From IMG/VR virus record IMGVR_UViG_3300038318_000507, positions 1 through 42,396 of that record: 42,396 nt of DNA. One strand, written 5' to 3'. The translations under genes and the position numbers were made by a program. The notes below the pieces were generated by a model. The model was not told the origin of the DNA, did no database searches, and worked only from the letters and a program-made list of their open reading frames with translations. Shown in pieces: positions 17,343 through 27,238 of the stretch; within the stretch, counting starts at the first letter, position 1, and every line of letters starts with the position of its first letter. Origin of the DNA: a virus (taxonomy: Duplodnaviria; Caudoviricetes).

Positions 17343-18548
17343 TTAAGCTTTCTGCTGGAGAACCTTGATAGCCTCCGGCAGAATCAATTTGCCGTCCACA
17401 CGTTGGGTGGCAACGAAGCCCACCTGCCCGGTGACAGCGAAGAGTTCATTCAGTCGCTTAAACACACGCCCCTGACGGTCGGCTACCCAGTAATAACTGA
17501 AGTCTCCAAACACAATGGTCTTGGCGGCTGCAGCGATGGTGGGTACATATGCGGAGGTGTAAACAGGACGGTTCAAAATGGTGTCAGGCGTACCTGCTTG
17601 CAGGGAGGGCTGCCACAGATACTGGCCCTGCCCATCCTTTAACTTGCGGATGGCCTTTACAGTAGCATCGTTCATAACAAATACAGCCTTGTTGCGGTAA
17701 GGCGCCTTAAGCGAGTAGAACAAATCAAGCACCTCATCCATCGTGACGGCGGTAGCTCCTGCCGTGGTTACGCCAAGCTGTGCACCGCCAGTCGCAGCAA
17801 GGATGCCAGTGGGCTTGCCGGAGCCGTCGCCGGTAAAGAAGGCGTCCTCCTCTTTATTACCGATGCGCCTTGCAAACTCTCTGGAAATGTAAGCTTCGAG
17901 ATTGAACACGCTGTCGTTTAGGAGTTCCTCGGATACCTTGATGAGCGTGCCCAGCTTGTAAGCGCCGATGGACACCTGGCCGAAAGCATCATCGCTATCG
18001 GGGATGGTACCTTCTTCGTCGATCCACGATGCGGTACCCTTGGATGCTACGACAGGAATTTTACGATCACCGGAAGAGGTGGTGATGACGTTTGCCAACC
18101 TGCGGAAGACATTCTCATCGTCGAGGGCTTCCACAAGCGTGCGCTCGAATTCATCGGGCACGAGGTAGCCGCCCTCGGAGTCGGTGCCGATTTGCAGGGC
18201 GTTCTTTACGCTCATATCAAGACCCTCGTTGCCACGAGTGCGCATGGCATTCCAGAATGCTTTTCTGTATTCGGCGGACGCACGGCCAGTCTTGTCCTCA
18301 GTGGACTTGTTCGGCGCGCCCAAAATAGGAGCAGATGTAGGCTTGCTCATCTCAAGGTCATAGGCCGCCTGGCGTTCCAGACGCTCAATTTCCTTGCCGA
18401 GAGCGACCATGTCGGCTTCCATCTTGTCGTACTCTGCGGCAGCTTCAGCGGGAACAAACCCGTCCGCGCCGCGCTTCTGATCAAGGAACTCCTTGGCGGT
18501 GTTCCAGATTTTGTTGCGCTTCTCGCGCAGTTCAAGGATTTTACTCAT
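17343..18548 (-). CDS. Major capsid protein, HK97 fold
   Basis: N-terminal coiled-coil delta domain, EGGYLVPDEF, KVSEELLNDS, FGDFSYY, RVDGKL. Confidence 0.95.
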   Translation of the reverse strand: MSKILELREKRNKIWNTAKEFLDQKRGADGFVPAEAAAEYDKMEADMVALGKEIERLERQAAYDLEMSKPTSAPILGAPNKSTEDKTGRASAEYRKAFWNAMRTRGNEGLDMSVKNALQIGTDSEGGYLVPDEFERTLVEALDDENVFRRLANVITTSSGDRKIPVVASKGTASWIDEEGTIPDSDDAFGQVSIGAYKLGTLIKVSEELLNDSVFNLEAYISREFARRIGNKEEDAFFTGDGSGKPTGILAATGGAQLGVTTAGATAVTMDEVLDLFYSLKAPYRNKAVFVMNDATVKAIRKLKDGQGQYLWQPSLQAGTPDTILNRPVYTSAYVPTIAAAAKTIVFGDFSYYWVADRQGRVFKRLNELFAVTGQVGFVATQRVDGKLILPEAIKVLQQKA

Positions 18549-18567
18549 AGTCATTACCTCCATAAAT

Positions 18568-19284
18568 TTAGTGAATAATCAAATTGAGCCGCTTTTGAAG
18601 CGACTCAGCGAGTACGCCTTGCGGCTCAGGTTTGGGTTGCGGTTGTTCTTTGGTCTTTACCTTATCAAGCAAGGAATTGGTTACTGCCCTGCGACTGAAC
18701 GCATAAGTCGGAGCGGCTTGATGTCTTTTGCTGTCTTCCAGCACACCGTCAGCAAAACCCAATTCAATCGCCTTGTTTGCGTTCATCCACGTTTCTGCAT
18801 CCATCCAGTGGGAGATTTTTGCTCTCGACTGATTGGTCTTGACTTGGTAGGCGTTGATGATGGATTCCTTGACCTCGTCCAACATGGAGATGGCTTTTTG
18901 CATTTCGTCCGTGTCACCGATGGCGATGGTCAGTGGATTGTGCACCATCATCAGGGCGGTGGGAGCCATGAGGACTTTCGTGCCAGCCATAGCGATGACA
19001 CTTGCCGCAGAAGCGGCGATGCCGTCAATCTTGACCGTGACGTTGTGCGGATAATCCATCAACATGGCGTAGATTTGACTTGCAGCGATGCAGTCTCCGC
19101 CGGGCGAATTTAGCCAGATGGTGATGTCACCCTTGTCTGAGAAGAGTTCCGATTTGAACATTGCAGGAGTGATTTCATCGCCCCACCAAGTCTCATCCGA
19201 GATCTCTCCGTCAAAGTAAAGGACGCGCTCGCCACTTTCGTCAGCATCACGCGCCCAGTTCCAAAACTTCTTGTTTTTTGCCAT
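18568..19284 (-). CDS. Prohead maturation protease, ClpP-like
   Basis: LNSPGGD, GIAASAASVIAMAG, MMVHNP, ETWMNA..AIELGFAD. Confidence 0.93.
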   Translation of the reverse strand: MAKNKKFWNWARDADESGERVLYFDGEISDETWWGDEITPAMFKSELFSDKGDITIWLNSPGGDCIAASQIYAMLMDYPHNVTVKIDGIAASAASVIAMAGTKVLMAPTALMMVHNPLTIAIGDTDEMQKAISMLDEVKESIINAYQVKTNQSRAKISHWMDAETWMNANKAIELGFADGVLEDSKRHQAAPTYAFSRRAVTNSLLDKVKTKEQPQPKPEPQGVLAESLQKRLNLIIH

Positions 19285-20513
19285 TAGCTTGTATCCTCCG
19301 TTTCATTTGGTTTGTACGCTGCTCCAACATCGGCCAGCTTGACCATGTTGCCGTTGACGAAGTGCAGATCGCCGCCTTCCTCGGCAGTCAGCAGATTCAT
19401 ATCCTCCAAGCCACGTACATCGTTGACCGACATAAATCCGTTTTGAATGCCTGTTGAATAGCCTTGCATACGGCTTTGGTAATCTCCGCGAAGTAGTCCG
19501 TCGAGATTAAACTTGATAAAGATCGTCGCTTTTTCCGATGGCAGAATGAGAGCCTGCTGTAAAGACTGCTCCCACCTGACCACCCACGGGTCGAGGGTAT
19601 ACTTGACGAACTCTAACGACTGCTGTTCGATGTTGGAGAAGCTGCTCTTTTCAAGGTCGCCGACCATATGAGGAGGCACTCTGAAAATACGGGCAATTTC
19701 ATTTATCTGAAACTTACGTGTTTCCAAAAACTGCGCCTGTTCCGGCGGTATGGACATCTGGTGAAATTTAAGACCTTCCTCCAAAACCGCTACTTTGTGT
19801 GCATTTGCGCCTCCAAATTGCGACTGCCAGCTTTCTCTGAGCCTGTCGGCCTGTTCCGGCTTGATGACACCGGGGTGTTCCAGTACGCCGCCAGGATTCG
19901 CACCGTTGGCGAAAAACGTAGCACCGTAGTCCTCGGTTGCAAGGGCAAGCCCCACGGCGTTCTTTGCCATCGCAATCGGCGAGTAACCTATAAGGCCGTC
20001 AAAGCCCAAGCCGGGGATATGCAGGATGTTCTCACGCCGTAATTTGACCTGCCCCTTGTCACTGTGGTAGGTGTAGACCAGTTCGCCACTTTCGTTTCTA
20101 TCTACAGTCATTCGGTCGGGTAGTAGTGGATAGAGTGCAATGGGAAAACCCCTGCCGTCTCTGATAATTTGTGCGTAGGCGTTGCCCCAAAGTAAAAGAT
20201 GACTCATCAGTGTTTCTCTGAACACAAATGAAGTCATCTCGCGGTTAGGCTCATCATGAAGCAGCCGGTAGAGGGGATGCGACGGTTTTGTGGATTTGCT
20301 CCCGTTGGCGGTTCGCTCATATACATGGAGCGGAAGTCCCGCCACCGATTCGGCAAGGATACGGACGCAAGCATAGACCGCTGAGGTCTGCATCGCCGTC
20401 CGCTCATTGACCGCCTTACCGCTGGTTGTGCCACCGAAGAGAAAACTCCAGCCGCCGCCTACACGGTTTTTAGGCTTATCTCGTGAGCGGAACAACCCTG
20501 AGAATATGCTCAT
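19284..20513 (-). CDS. Portal protein, HK97 family
   Basis: AVYACVRILAESVAGLP, LLLWGNAY, QFLETRKF..EIARIFRVPP; native start MSIFSGLF at 20513 (the ORF-track extension runs into the RIT end). Confidence 0.93.
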   Translation of the reverse strand: MSIFSGLFRSRDKPKNRVGGGWSFLFGGTTSGKAVNERTAMQTSAVYACVRILAESVAGLPLHVYERTANGSKSTKPSHPLYRLLHDEPNREMTSFVFRETLMSHLLLWGNAYAQIIRDGRGFPIALYPLLPDRMTVDRNESGELVYTYHSDKGQVKLRRENILHIPGLGFDGLIGYSPIAMAKNAVGLALATEDYGATFFANGANPGGVLEHPGVIKPEQADRLRESWQSQFGGANAHKVAVLEEGLKFHQMSIPPEQAQFLETRKFQINEIARIFRVPPHMVGDLEKSSFSNIEQQSLEFVKYTLDPWVVRWEQSLQQALILPSEKATIFIKFNLDGLLRGDYQSRMQGYSTGIQNGFMSVNDVRGLEDMNLLTAEEGGDLHFVNGNMVKLADVGAAYKPNETEDTS

Positions 20514-20521
20514 ATAAATAA

Positions 20522-20551
20522 CATTATCCCTACTAAAATAAAATCCAAACC
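20522..20551 (+). repeat. RIT left inverted repeat (30 bp)
   Basis: cattatccctactaaaataaaatccaaacc is the exact reverse complement of 23940-23969. Confidence 0.95.
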
Positions 20552-20647
20552 ACACATAAAAAATCATTAAATATCCATCTAAAATCCTATAAATGTTTTG
20601 ATTTTATTCACACTCCTTGAGATACTTTTTGAAAAAGGAGGTATCTC

Positions 20648-21889
20648 ATGGATATTAATTACTTACTCATTCATCACGATGAGCTCTTGACATATCTGCG
20701 TGAGCATGATTATGCAGAAACATATGTCAATCGTTACAAAACTACTATCAAGCAGATTACTGATAATGCCAGTAATCATAACTGGACCACATACGAAGAT
20801 GTTTACCAATGGTATGTCGATCAGAGTTACAGCCCAACTTATCTTCATGAGGTCAGGGCAATTATAGGCAAGCTGGAGCAGTTTCATCTTCACGGAAACT
20901 TTCCGGACAATAAAAAGAGTTATTCTTCGTTTTGGAAAATAAAGTCTGCATATACAAAGCTCAGCAGCGAGTATAAGCAACTGTATGAGGACTTTGAGAC
21001 ACAGACTTGCAAAGGACTAAAAAGCTCCACAGTTGCATCCTATAGGACAAAGATTTCTTCTTTCCTGTATGAACTGCAATGTAAAGGAGCCACTTCACTT
21101 TCGGATGTAACCGAAAAAGATGTACTAACCTGTTTTTTTGCAGACGGTGTAAGAAAAAGATCTGGTTCACTTTGTGCAAATATAATACGTTTTTTTAAAA
21201 TCCTTTCTGAATCCGGGAACGAAGAAGCCACTAGAATTCTTGCATATATTCCAAACCTGCGGATTGCCCGAAAAAACATTGATTATCTTACAGACGGTGA
21301 AGCAGCTAAAATCCGGCAGGTATTGGAAGACAGCAATTATTCTTTATCTTGTAAAGACCGTGCTGTTGGGCGCCTTTTGCTGCATACAGGTCTTAGAGGA
21401 ATAGATATTGCATGTATGCAACTGGAATTTATCGATTGGAATAATGACAGAATTCGCATTGTCCAGCAGAAAACATCCCAACCATTGGAGATCCCGCTTC
21501 TCCCTGTAGTTGGAAACGCTATTTATGATTATTGCATCAATGAACGTCCAATGAGCGCTTCACCTTATCTATTTCTTGATTCAAGAGCGCCGCACAATAA
21601 CCTTACAACGGATGGCATCGGCTATAGTGTGAAAAAAATAATGTCAGCCGCAAATATAAGACAAGAGAAAGGCCGTAGAAAAGGGACCCATATATTCAGA
21701 CATCATTTAGCTATAAAATTGTTGTCAAATGGAGTTCCACAGCCAGTCATCACCAGAACTATGGGACATACGGCACCGGAATCATTATCGTCATATCTTC
21801 ATGCTGACATGAAACACCTGAGAGAGTGTGCTCTTTCCGTAGAAGATTTTCCTATGGCAAAGGAAGTGTTTCAATCATGTTTGAAATAA
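20648..21889 (+). CDS. ritA: RIT tyrosine recombinase A
   Basis: TGLR, QQKT, HIFRH, MGH, Y catalytic set; AAGGAGG RBS. Confidence 0.88.
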   Translation: MDINYLLIHHDELLTYLREHDYAETYVNRYKTTIKQITDNASNHNWTTYEDVYQWYVDQSYSPTYLHEVRAIIGKLEQFHLHGNFPDNKKSYSSFWKIKSAYTKLSSEYKQLYEDFETQTCKGLKSSTVASYRTKISSFLYELQCKGATSLSDVTEKDVLTCFFADGVRKRSGSLCANIIRFFKILSESGNEEATRILAYIPNLRIARKNIDYLTDGEAAKIRQVLEDSNYSLSCKDRAVGRLLLHTGLRGIDIACMQLEFIDWNNDRIRIVQQKTSQPLEIPLLPVVGNAIYDYCINERPMSASPYLFLDSRAPHNNLTTDGIGYSVKKIMSAANIRQEKGRRKGTHIFRHHLAIKLLSNGVPQPVITRTMGHTAPESLSSYLHADMKHLRECALSVEDFPMAKEVFQSCLK

Positions 21890-22845
21890 GCGCATCCAGG
21901 AAAGTACTTATACAACCATTCCGAGACTTTCGTATTGCATCCGACCGTTGGAATAAGGCTAATGATAAGCTGATGCTATATTTTGACCGTCATTGTCTTG
22001 AAAACTTTCCGAAGATAGAAGGAATAACTCAGGACATGATTGACAGCTGGTGTATTCAGCGCAAAACAGAAAAATCCATTTCCTGCTATTGCAGAACCTA
22101 TATCATTGCTAAATTAGTCGAATTTCTGAATCAGCGAAAGATATGTTCCCTCGTTGTTCCTGAACTGATTAAGGCAGAGTGCCATAGAACATATATACCT
22201 CATGCATTTACAGATGAAGAGCTTTCATCGTTTTTTGCAGAATGCGATAATGAAGTATCAAAAGCACCTAATCAGTTAACAGCTGCCCGACGGCTTACTG
22301 TTTCCGTTTTTTTCAGACTAATCTTCAGCACTGGAATGAGAACGGTTGAAGCTAGACTGTTGGCAACTGAAAATATGGATCTCGTTAATGGTGTCATTGA
22401 TATAAAAGAATCTAAGGGTGTAGACCAGCACTATGTTGCGCTACATGAATCCATGCTTGAGATTTTAAAGAGTTACAACAGTGTAATTGAAAAAATCTTT
22501 CCTTCAAGAACATATTTCTTTGCATATACAGCAACGGTTCCTTTTTACCAGGAATGGTCTCCTTTGGTATTCAGAAGGATATGGGATAAAGTCAACCGTG
22601 ACCACGCTAATCCCTATGATCTCAGACATAATTACGCAATCAGAAATATAAATTCGTGGACACATGAGGGTTTTGGGTTTTCAGATAAATTTCTTTATCT
22701 TAGTAAAAGCATGGGACATATGCAGCTGGAGAGTACAAAATATTACTACTCTCTGATTCCAGCATTAGCTGATACGATTGCTTCACACAGTCAGCAAGGA
22801 TTTGATGATATCATTCCGGAGGTGACTGAATATGAAGAAAGCTAA
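21877..22845 (+). CDS. ritB: RIT tyrosine recombinase B
   Basis: TGMR, ESKG, YDLRH, LSKSMGH, TKYY; ATG at 21877 overlaps the end of ritA. Confidence 0.87.
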   Translation: MFEISASRKVLIQPFRDFRIASDRWNKANDKLMLYFDRHCLENFPKIEGITQDMIDSWCIQRKTEKSISCYCRTYIIAKLVEFLNQRKICSLVVPELIKAECHRTYIPHAFTDEELSSFFAECDNEVSKAPNQLTAARRLTVSVFFRLIFSTGMRTVEARLLATENMDLVNGVIDIKESKGVDQHYVALHESMLEILKSYNSVIEKIFPSRTYFFAYTATVPFYQEWSPLVFRRIWDKVNRDHANPYDLRHNYAIRNINSWTHEGFGFSDKFLYLSKSMGHMQLESTKYYYSLIPALADTIASHSQQGFDDIIPEVTEYEES

Positions 22846-23878
22846 AACGGAAGCTGTCGACATTGCAAAATATATTTCTCTGTTTCTCAGAGAGTATGCT
22901 CCAAATCACCTTACCGGTAGTCCGCACACACTCCGCTCCTATGAGAATGCCTTGACTTTATATGTTGGCTTTCTAGAACAGTCCGGTATAACGCTTGAAT
23001 GTTTTGAGGCAAGCTGTTTCGATAAAGAAAAAATTGAGCGATGGCTTGTATGGCTGACAGAAATACGAAACTGTAGTCCTGAGACATGCAACAACCGGCT
23101 TGCATCTTTACGGGCATTTTTAAAATATCTGGCATCTCGTGATGTAAAATATTCAGATTTATCCAATGGGGCGGCAACCATAAGATTGAGAAAGAGAAAA
23201 AACCGTAAGGTCAATGGCTTATCCCGCAGTGCAATTAAGACTCTTATGGAAGAACCCGATGGCACAACAAAGACAGGAGTACGGGATCTTACATTAATAA
23301 TCCTGCTTTATGCAACTGCTATTCGTTTAGATGAAGCCTTATCGCTGCAAATTAAAAACATTTGTCTTAACGGAAAAGCGTATATAAATGTCGTGGGTAA
23401 AGGCAATAAGCTAAGAACACTGTATTTGTTGCCAAAGGCAGTCGCACATTTGAAAAAATATATAGTTTTATTTCATGGTAATATCCCTGATCCAGAAGCG
23501 TACCTGTTCTATTCTAAGATTAAAGGAACTCATATTAAGATGACCCAGGCTGCAGTTTCAAAGATGTTAAAAAAACATGCTACTTCTGGCCATGCGAAGA
23601 ATCCGGATATACCAGAGGATTTGCATGCACACCAGTTTCGTCATGCAAAAGCCTCCCATTGGCTTGAAGACGGAATGAATATAGTTCAGATATCATTTTT
23701 GCTTGGTCATGCTCAGCTTCAAACTACTATGATTTACATGGATATAACGATTGAACAGGAGGCAAAAGCAATGGCAACACTTGAAAGCGAAAATGATAAA
23801 AAAGTTACCGCAAAATGGAAGAATACAGATACAAGCATATCTTCTTTGTGCGGAATCAGTAAACTGAGCAAAAAGTAA
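22832..23878 (+). CDS. ritC: RIT tyrosine recombinase C
   Basis: SPHTLRSY, TCNNRLASLRAF, TAIR, GKGNK, HQFRH, LLGH, TTMIY; GGAGG RBS. Confidence 0.88.
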   Translation: MKKAKTEAVDIAKYISLFLREYAPNHLTGSPHTLRSYENALTLYVGFLEQSGITLECFEASCFDKEKIERWLVWLTEIRNCSPETCNNRLASLRAFLKYLASRDVKYSDLSNGAATIRLRKRKNRKVNGLSRSAIKTLMEEPDGTTKTGVRDLTLIILLYATAIRLDEALSLQIKNICLNGKAYINVVGKGNKLRTLYLLPKAVAHLKKYIVLFHGNIPDPEAYLFYSKIKGTHIKMTQAAVSKMLKKHATSGHAKNPDIPEDLHAHQFRHAKASHWLEDGMNIVQISFLLGHAQLQTTMIYMDITIEQEAKAMATLESENDKKVTAKWKNTDTSISSLCGISKLSKK

Positions 23879-23939
23879 GCAAAATAAACTCCAAACCATT
23901 AATGCGAAAAAATAGTTAATTACAGCGAATTTTCACATG

Positions 23940-23969
23940 GGTTTGGATTTTATTTTAGTAGGGATAATG
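23940..23969 (-). repeat. RIT right inverted repeat (30 bp)
   Basis: ggtttggattttattttagtagggataatg. Confidence 0.95.
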
Positions 23970-23972
23970 GTA

Positions 23973-23994
23973 GTTATCAGTACGTACTGATAAC
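23973..23994. repeat. Perfect 22-bp palindrome next to the RIT right end
   Basis: gttatcagtacgtactgataac is its own reverse complement. Confidence 0.95.
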
Positions 23995-25593
23995 CACTAA
24001 CCCCCTTTCATCATAGACACTGTCGTTGATACCGCCGCCGAGGGTTGCCCTCGCAAGTCCCATGATCAGCGCGACTACACCGTCTATTTTCTCTGTTGAT
24101 TTCTTTTTATTGGGTTTGATATTACCTGCAGCGTCTTGGTCGACGATGACATTACCCATATTCCAGTCGAGGACAGGATGTTTGCCGTGGCGTATTTTGC
24201 CTTCCATCACAAACTGAAAGAAGTCCTTTGAAGGTGGGGACATGGAAATAAAACCCTGACCGAACGGAAACACTGTAAACCCATGCTCCGCACCCAGTTC
24301 CTCAAGGTCGCGGCGTATCTTCTCCGCACCGTAGCGGTCGTAGGCGATTTCACGAATTCTAAAACGCTCCGACAGCTTGGCGATGAAAGCCACTATGTAG
24401 TCATAGTCCACCACATTGCCCTCGGTGGTGTTGAACACTCCTGTCTTTTTCCATACGGCATATGGAACGTGGTCGCGCCTTGTCCGCAGGTCAATCACGT
24501 CTTCCGGCAGCCAGTAAAACGGCATCACTGTGTATTTGGTATCAACTCCAACCGGTGGGAATACCAGAACCAGAGCCGTAAGATCTCCGGTACTGGAAAG
24601 GTCGAGACCGCAGTAGCAATCCCGACCCTCGTATTCTTCAAAGTCTATGTCTTCGCCGCAGACGTCCCATTTGTCCATAGGCATCCACCTGATATCGGCG
24701 TTGCACCATTCGTTCAGGCGGAACTGCCGAAAGTGCATCTCCTCGGCGGGGTTTTGTTTCGCCTGTTCATAGGCAGCCTGCACCGTTTCAAAGGGAATCG
24801 TTACGTCGATGGATGGATTGACCCGTCGCCAGACGGCCTCGTCGTTCCAATCGTCATCTTCTTCAATGCCGAATACGGCAGGATAGAAGGACGTATCAAT
24901 TTTTGAGCCGTCCATAACCGCTTTAGCTTTTTGGTGGATTTCATAACAGATGCTCGTCTTATCCCTGCCCGCTGTGGTGATGAGAAAGTAGAGTGGCTGC
25001 CGCCTGGCGTCACCCGTATACTTGGTCATGGTATCGAAAAGTTCGCGGGTCTGCTGGGCGAAGAGTTCATCAAATATAAGCCCGGAAACATTGAAGCCTT
25101 GTTTGGACTTTGTTTCCGAGGACAGCACTCTATAAAAGCTGTTGGTGTGCGGGAATATAATCCGCTTGGTTGACGGCACGAGTTTTGACAGCTTTGCCAG
25201 ATCACCGCATTGCTCGACCATCGCTTTGGCAGTATTGAAAACAATACTCGCCTGATTGATGTCGGCGGCACAGGAGTAGACCTCGGCACCCGCTTCGCCA
25301 TCGGCGAACAGGAGGTAGAGGGCGATTGCCGCCGCCAGTTCCGACTTGCCGTTTTTCTTACCGACCTCAACATACGCCGTGCGAAACTGCCGATAACCGT
25401 CCTCTCCGACGATGCCAAAAATATCACGGATAATTTGCTCCTGCCACGGCATCAACCTAAACGGTTTTCCATACCATTCGCCGGTGGTGTGCTTGAGCAT
25501 GGATATAAAATTGACCGCAAAATCCGCTCGCCGTACATCGTATCGGCTGGTCGGCAGCATGAGTGGTGTTGGTTTGTATTTGAAATCAGGCAC
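23977..25593 (-). CDS. Terminase large subunit (C-terminus probably altered by the RIT insertion)
   Basis: LMPWQ, GKKNGKS Walker A, LIFDE Walker B, ITTAG, GLDLSSTGD, KIDGVVA; GTG at 25593 after AAGGAGG. Confidence 0.95.
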   Translation of the reverse strand: MPDFKYKPTPLMLPTSRYDVRRADFAVNFISMLKHTTGEWYGKPFRLMPWQEQIIRDIFGIVGEDGYRQFRTAYVEVGKKNGKSELAAAIALYLLFADGEAGAEVYSCAADINQASIVFNTAKAMVEQCGDLAKLSKLVPSTKRIIFPHTNSFYRVLSSETKSKQGFNVSGLIFDELFAQQTRELFDTMTKYTGDARRQPLYFLITTAGRDKTSICYEIHQKAKAVMDGSKIDTSFYPAVFGIEEDDDWNDEAVWRRVNPSIDVTIPFETVQAAYEQAKQNPAEEMHFRQFRLNEWCNADIRWMPMDKWDVCGEDIDFEEYEGRDCYCGLDLSSTGDLTALVLVFPPVGVDTKYTVMPFYWLPEDVIDLRTRRDHVPYAVWKKTGVFNTTEGNVVDYDYIVAFIAKLSERFRIREIAYDRYGAEKIRRDLEELGAEHGFTVFPFGQGFISMSPPSKDFFQFVMEGKIRHGKHPVLDWNMGNVIVDQDAAGNIKPNKKKSTEKIDGVVALIMGLARATLGGGINDSVYDERGLVVISTY

Positions 25594-25614
25594 CGTCGTC
25601 CTCCTTTCGCGCAA

Positions 25615-25686
25615 AATAAAAGACCTCCGAAGAAGTCATCAAAATCTATCTGTACGAGAGACAGCCCCTTGTCGGGGGGTCTGTCT
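25615..25686 (-). terminator. Two hairpins, the second terminator-like, closing the accessory cluster before terminase
   Basis: Minus strand AGACAGACCCC..GGGGCTGTCT, then GACTTC-TTCG-GAGGTC followed by TTTTATTTT. Confidence 0.55.
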
Positions 25687-25702
25687 TTCGGTTGTTTCGT
25701 GT

Positions 25703-25942
25703 TTAGTTGTATTTGCCGAGGATGATGGTGTAGACCGCCTTGACCTCATCGGTGGGTTTGATATCCCAACCCCTGTCGTAGTTAACAACGTCGCGGCTTT
25801 CGCCGAACTTGCGTAGTGTCAGCTTACTGATTTTGCCGCCGTCGATACCGAACGGAGAGCTTTCCTCATAATGCTTGACCCAGTATTTGTACTTGCTGCC
25901 TGTCGATGGGCAGAAGATAATTCCTTCACTCCACATTTTCAA
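25703..25942 (-). CDS. Small conserved phage protein of unknown function
   Basis: MWSEGII..YWVKHYEE.S.FGIDGGKISKL..YDRGWD; overlaps the upstream stop. Confidence 0.75.
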   Translation of the reverse strand: MKMWSEGIIFCPSTGSKYKYWVKHYEESSPFGIDGGKISKLTLRKFGESRDVVNYDRGWDIKPTDEVKAVYTIILGKYN

Positions 25943-26339
25943 GTTCCCCCGTCAATATCAGATTTGCATATCGCTTGGTGTCCGTGGAAATGAAGTTCGC
26001 TAACTCGTTGAATCCCATCTCCATCGCAATTTTGAACACTGCTTTGGTATCGAACATATTCGTGCGCCCCGTGGCCGCTACCTTACGACATTGTGCTTTG
26101 ACGACCTCGGCTTTGGAAAACAGTCTGATTTCATCCTCGCCAAAAACCGCTCCAAGATGTGAGCCGCTGTCCCAGATAATGAAAACCGTGCCTGTGTCGT
26201 CTACGAAGTCCACCGTTCCCGTGTCGCCGGGTTTCAGCTTGGTGTAAGGGTCAGTCATGGAAATCAGTTCAACACGCGCGCCTTTTTTGTACCTTGCCCT
26301 CCGTGCTTCGAGGGCTGCTTTTGAAATGAAACTATTCAC
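25926..26339 (-). CDS. DUF4314-like + DUF5049-like fusion protein
   Basis: Y..GARVEL..M.DPY..L.PG..GTV..VDD.G.....WD.GS.L (DUF4314-like) then TGRTNMFD..V..IA..MGF.EL (DUF5049-like); GTG at 26339 after GGAGGTG. Confidence 0.7.
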   Translation of the reverse strand: MNSFISKAALEARRARYKKGARVELISMTDPYTKLKPGDTGTVDFVDDTGTVFIIWDSGSHLGAVFGEDEIRLFSKAEVVKAQCRKVAATGRTNMFDTKAVFKIAMEMGFNELANFISTDTKRYANLILTGELENVE

Positions 26340-27048
26340 TGTCTGACACCTCCATTTTCTTGCCGCCTTTCCAGCTTGAATTGCCTTCAAGTCTTGAAAG
26401 TAATATCTTTCGAGCTGCTTTGTACTCGTCGCCGATGAAGCCAAGGGAGAGCAGGAAACACCGCATGGCGTATTTCGGGTTGCCGTCGATGTCTTTTTCT
26501 CTTGCCGTGATTCGCTTCTTTTCAATTGCAGTTTTGCATAGCAGGCTGATCAGTGTGGCGTATGCTTCTGTGTGTTCCGCATCAATCGTTCCTTTAAACC
26601 AGGGGAACTGCAGTGTGTCAGAGGCCTGCTTAATCGGCAGGTCATCCGTGCCGAGCGACGCCTTGAGAAGCGGGGCTTTGGCATTCACCAGTTTGGAGAG
26701 GTTGTCGAGTTTCTCAGGTGTAAAGCCGTCAAGGGGCATTTCGATGGTCAGGCGGTCGCTGAGATCCGCTTGGTATGTGCTGCTTTCGGGTCCAGTCGCC
26801 AGCTCATCGTATTCTTCGGTGACTGCCTTGAAGCTGTGCAAACCGCAAAGGTCAGCGACCAGCTCCCGGTTGTCCTCGCCTGTGACCGTGCCGGTCTTAT
26901 CGATGTGGTAGCCGCCAACCTCGTAGGCGAATGTCGGGGCTCCGAGGTACTTGGTCGGGGCGTTAAGTTCATGGCTAATGGCTGCGACCAGCGATTTACG
27001 TTCAGGGCCTGTTACGTTGTAAGAAAGTCTCATGTTCGTTTCCTCCAT
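26332..27048 (-). CDS. Conserved prophage protein (commonly labelled 'virulence-related protein'; function unknown)
   Basis: RKSLVAAIS, YLGAPTFAYEVG, NPKYAMRCFLLSLGFIGDEYKAARKILL.RLEGNSSW; start 27048 or 27033. Confidence 0.75.
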   Translation of the reverse strand: MEETNMRLSYNVTGPERKSLVAAISHELNAPTKYLGAPTFAYEVGGYHIDKTGTVTGEDNRELVADLCGLHSFKAVTEEYDELATGPESSTYQADLSDRLTIEMPLDGFTPEKLDNLSKLVNAKAPLLKASLGTDDLPIKQASDTLQFPWFKGTIDAEHTEAYATLISLLCKTAIEKKRITAREKDIDGNPKYAMRCFLLSLGFIGDEYKAARKILLSRLEGNSSWKGGKKMEVSDSE

Positions 27049-27238
27049 TTTCCTTGATTTTGCTGGGGTTTTTGTCCTCCGCGCATTACATATATCACTC
27101 TAAAAGTCTTTAATAGCAAGCGATTATGTGATAATAAATGCACCGAATATCAAGGAAATACAGCCCCTTGTTATTGTGTGTATGACACAATGCCGCTGAG
27201 AATAAATCACACTTGGAAGAGCCACATAGCGCTTTTGA

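Larger units (their letters stand above)
20522..23998 (+). mobile_element. RIT (recombinase-in-trio) element inserted at the terminase/portal junction
   Basis: Three overlapping tyrosine recombinase genes opposite to the phage orientation, AT-rich, bounded by a perfect 30-bp inverted repeat. Confidence 0.9.

Noticed and set aside
20514-20567. N-terminal extension of portal given by the ORF track (MIFYVWFG...)
   Set aside because: It runs through the RIT inverted repeat; the native start is the ATG at 20513
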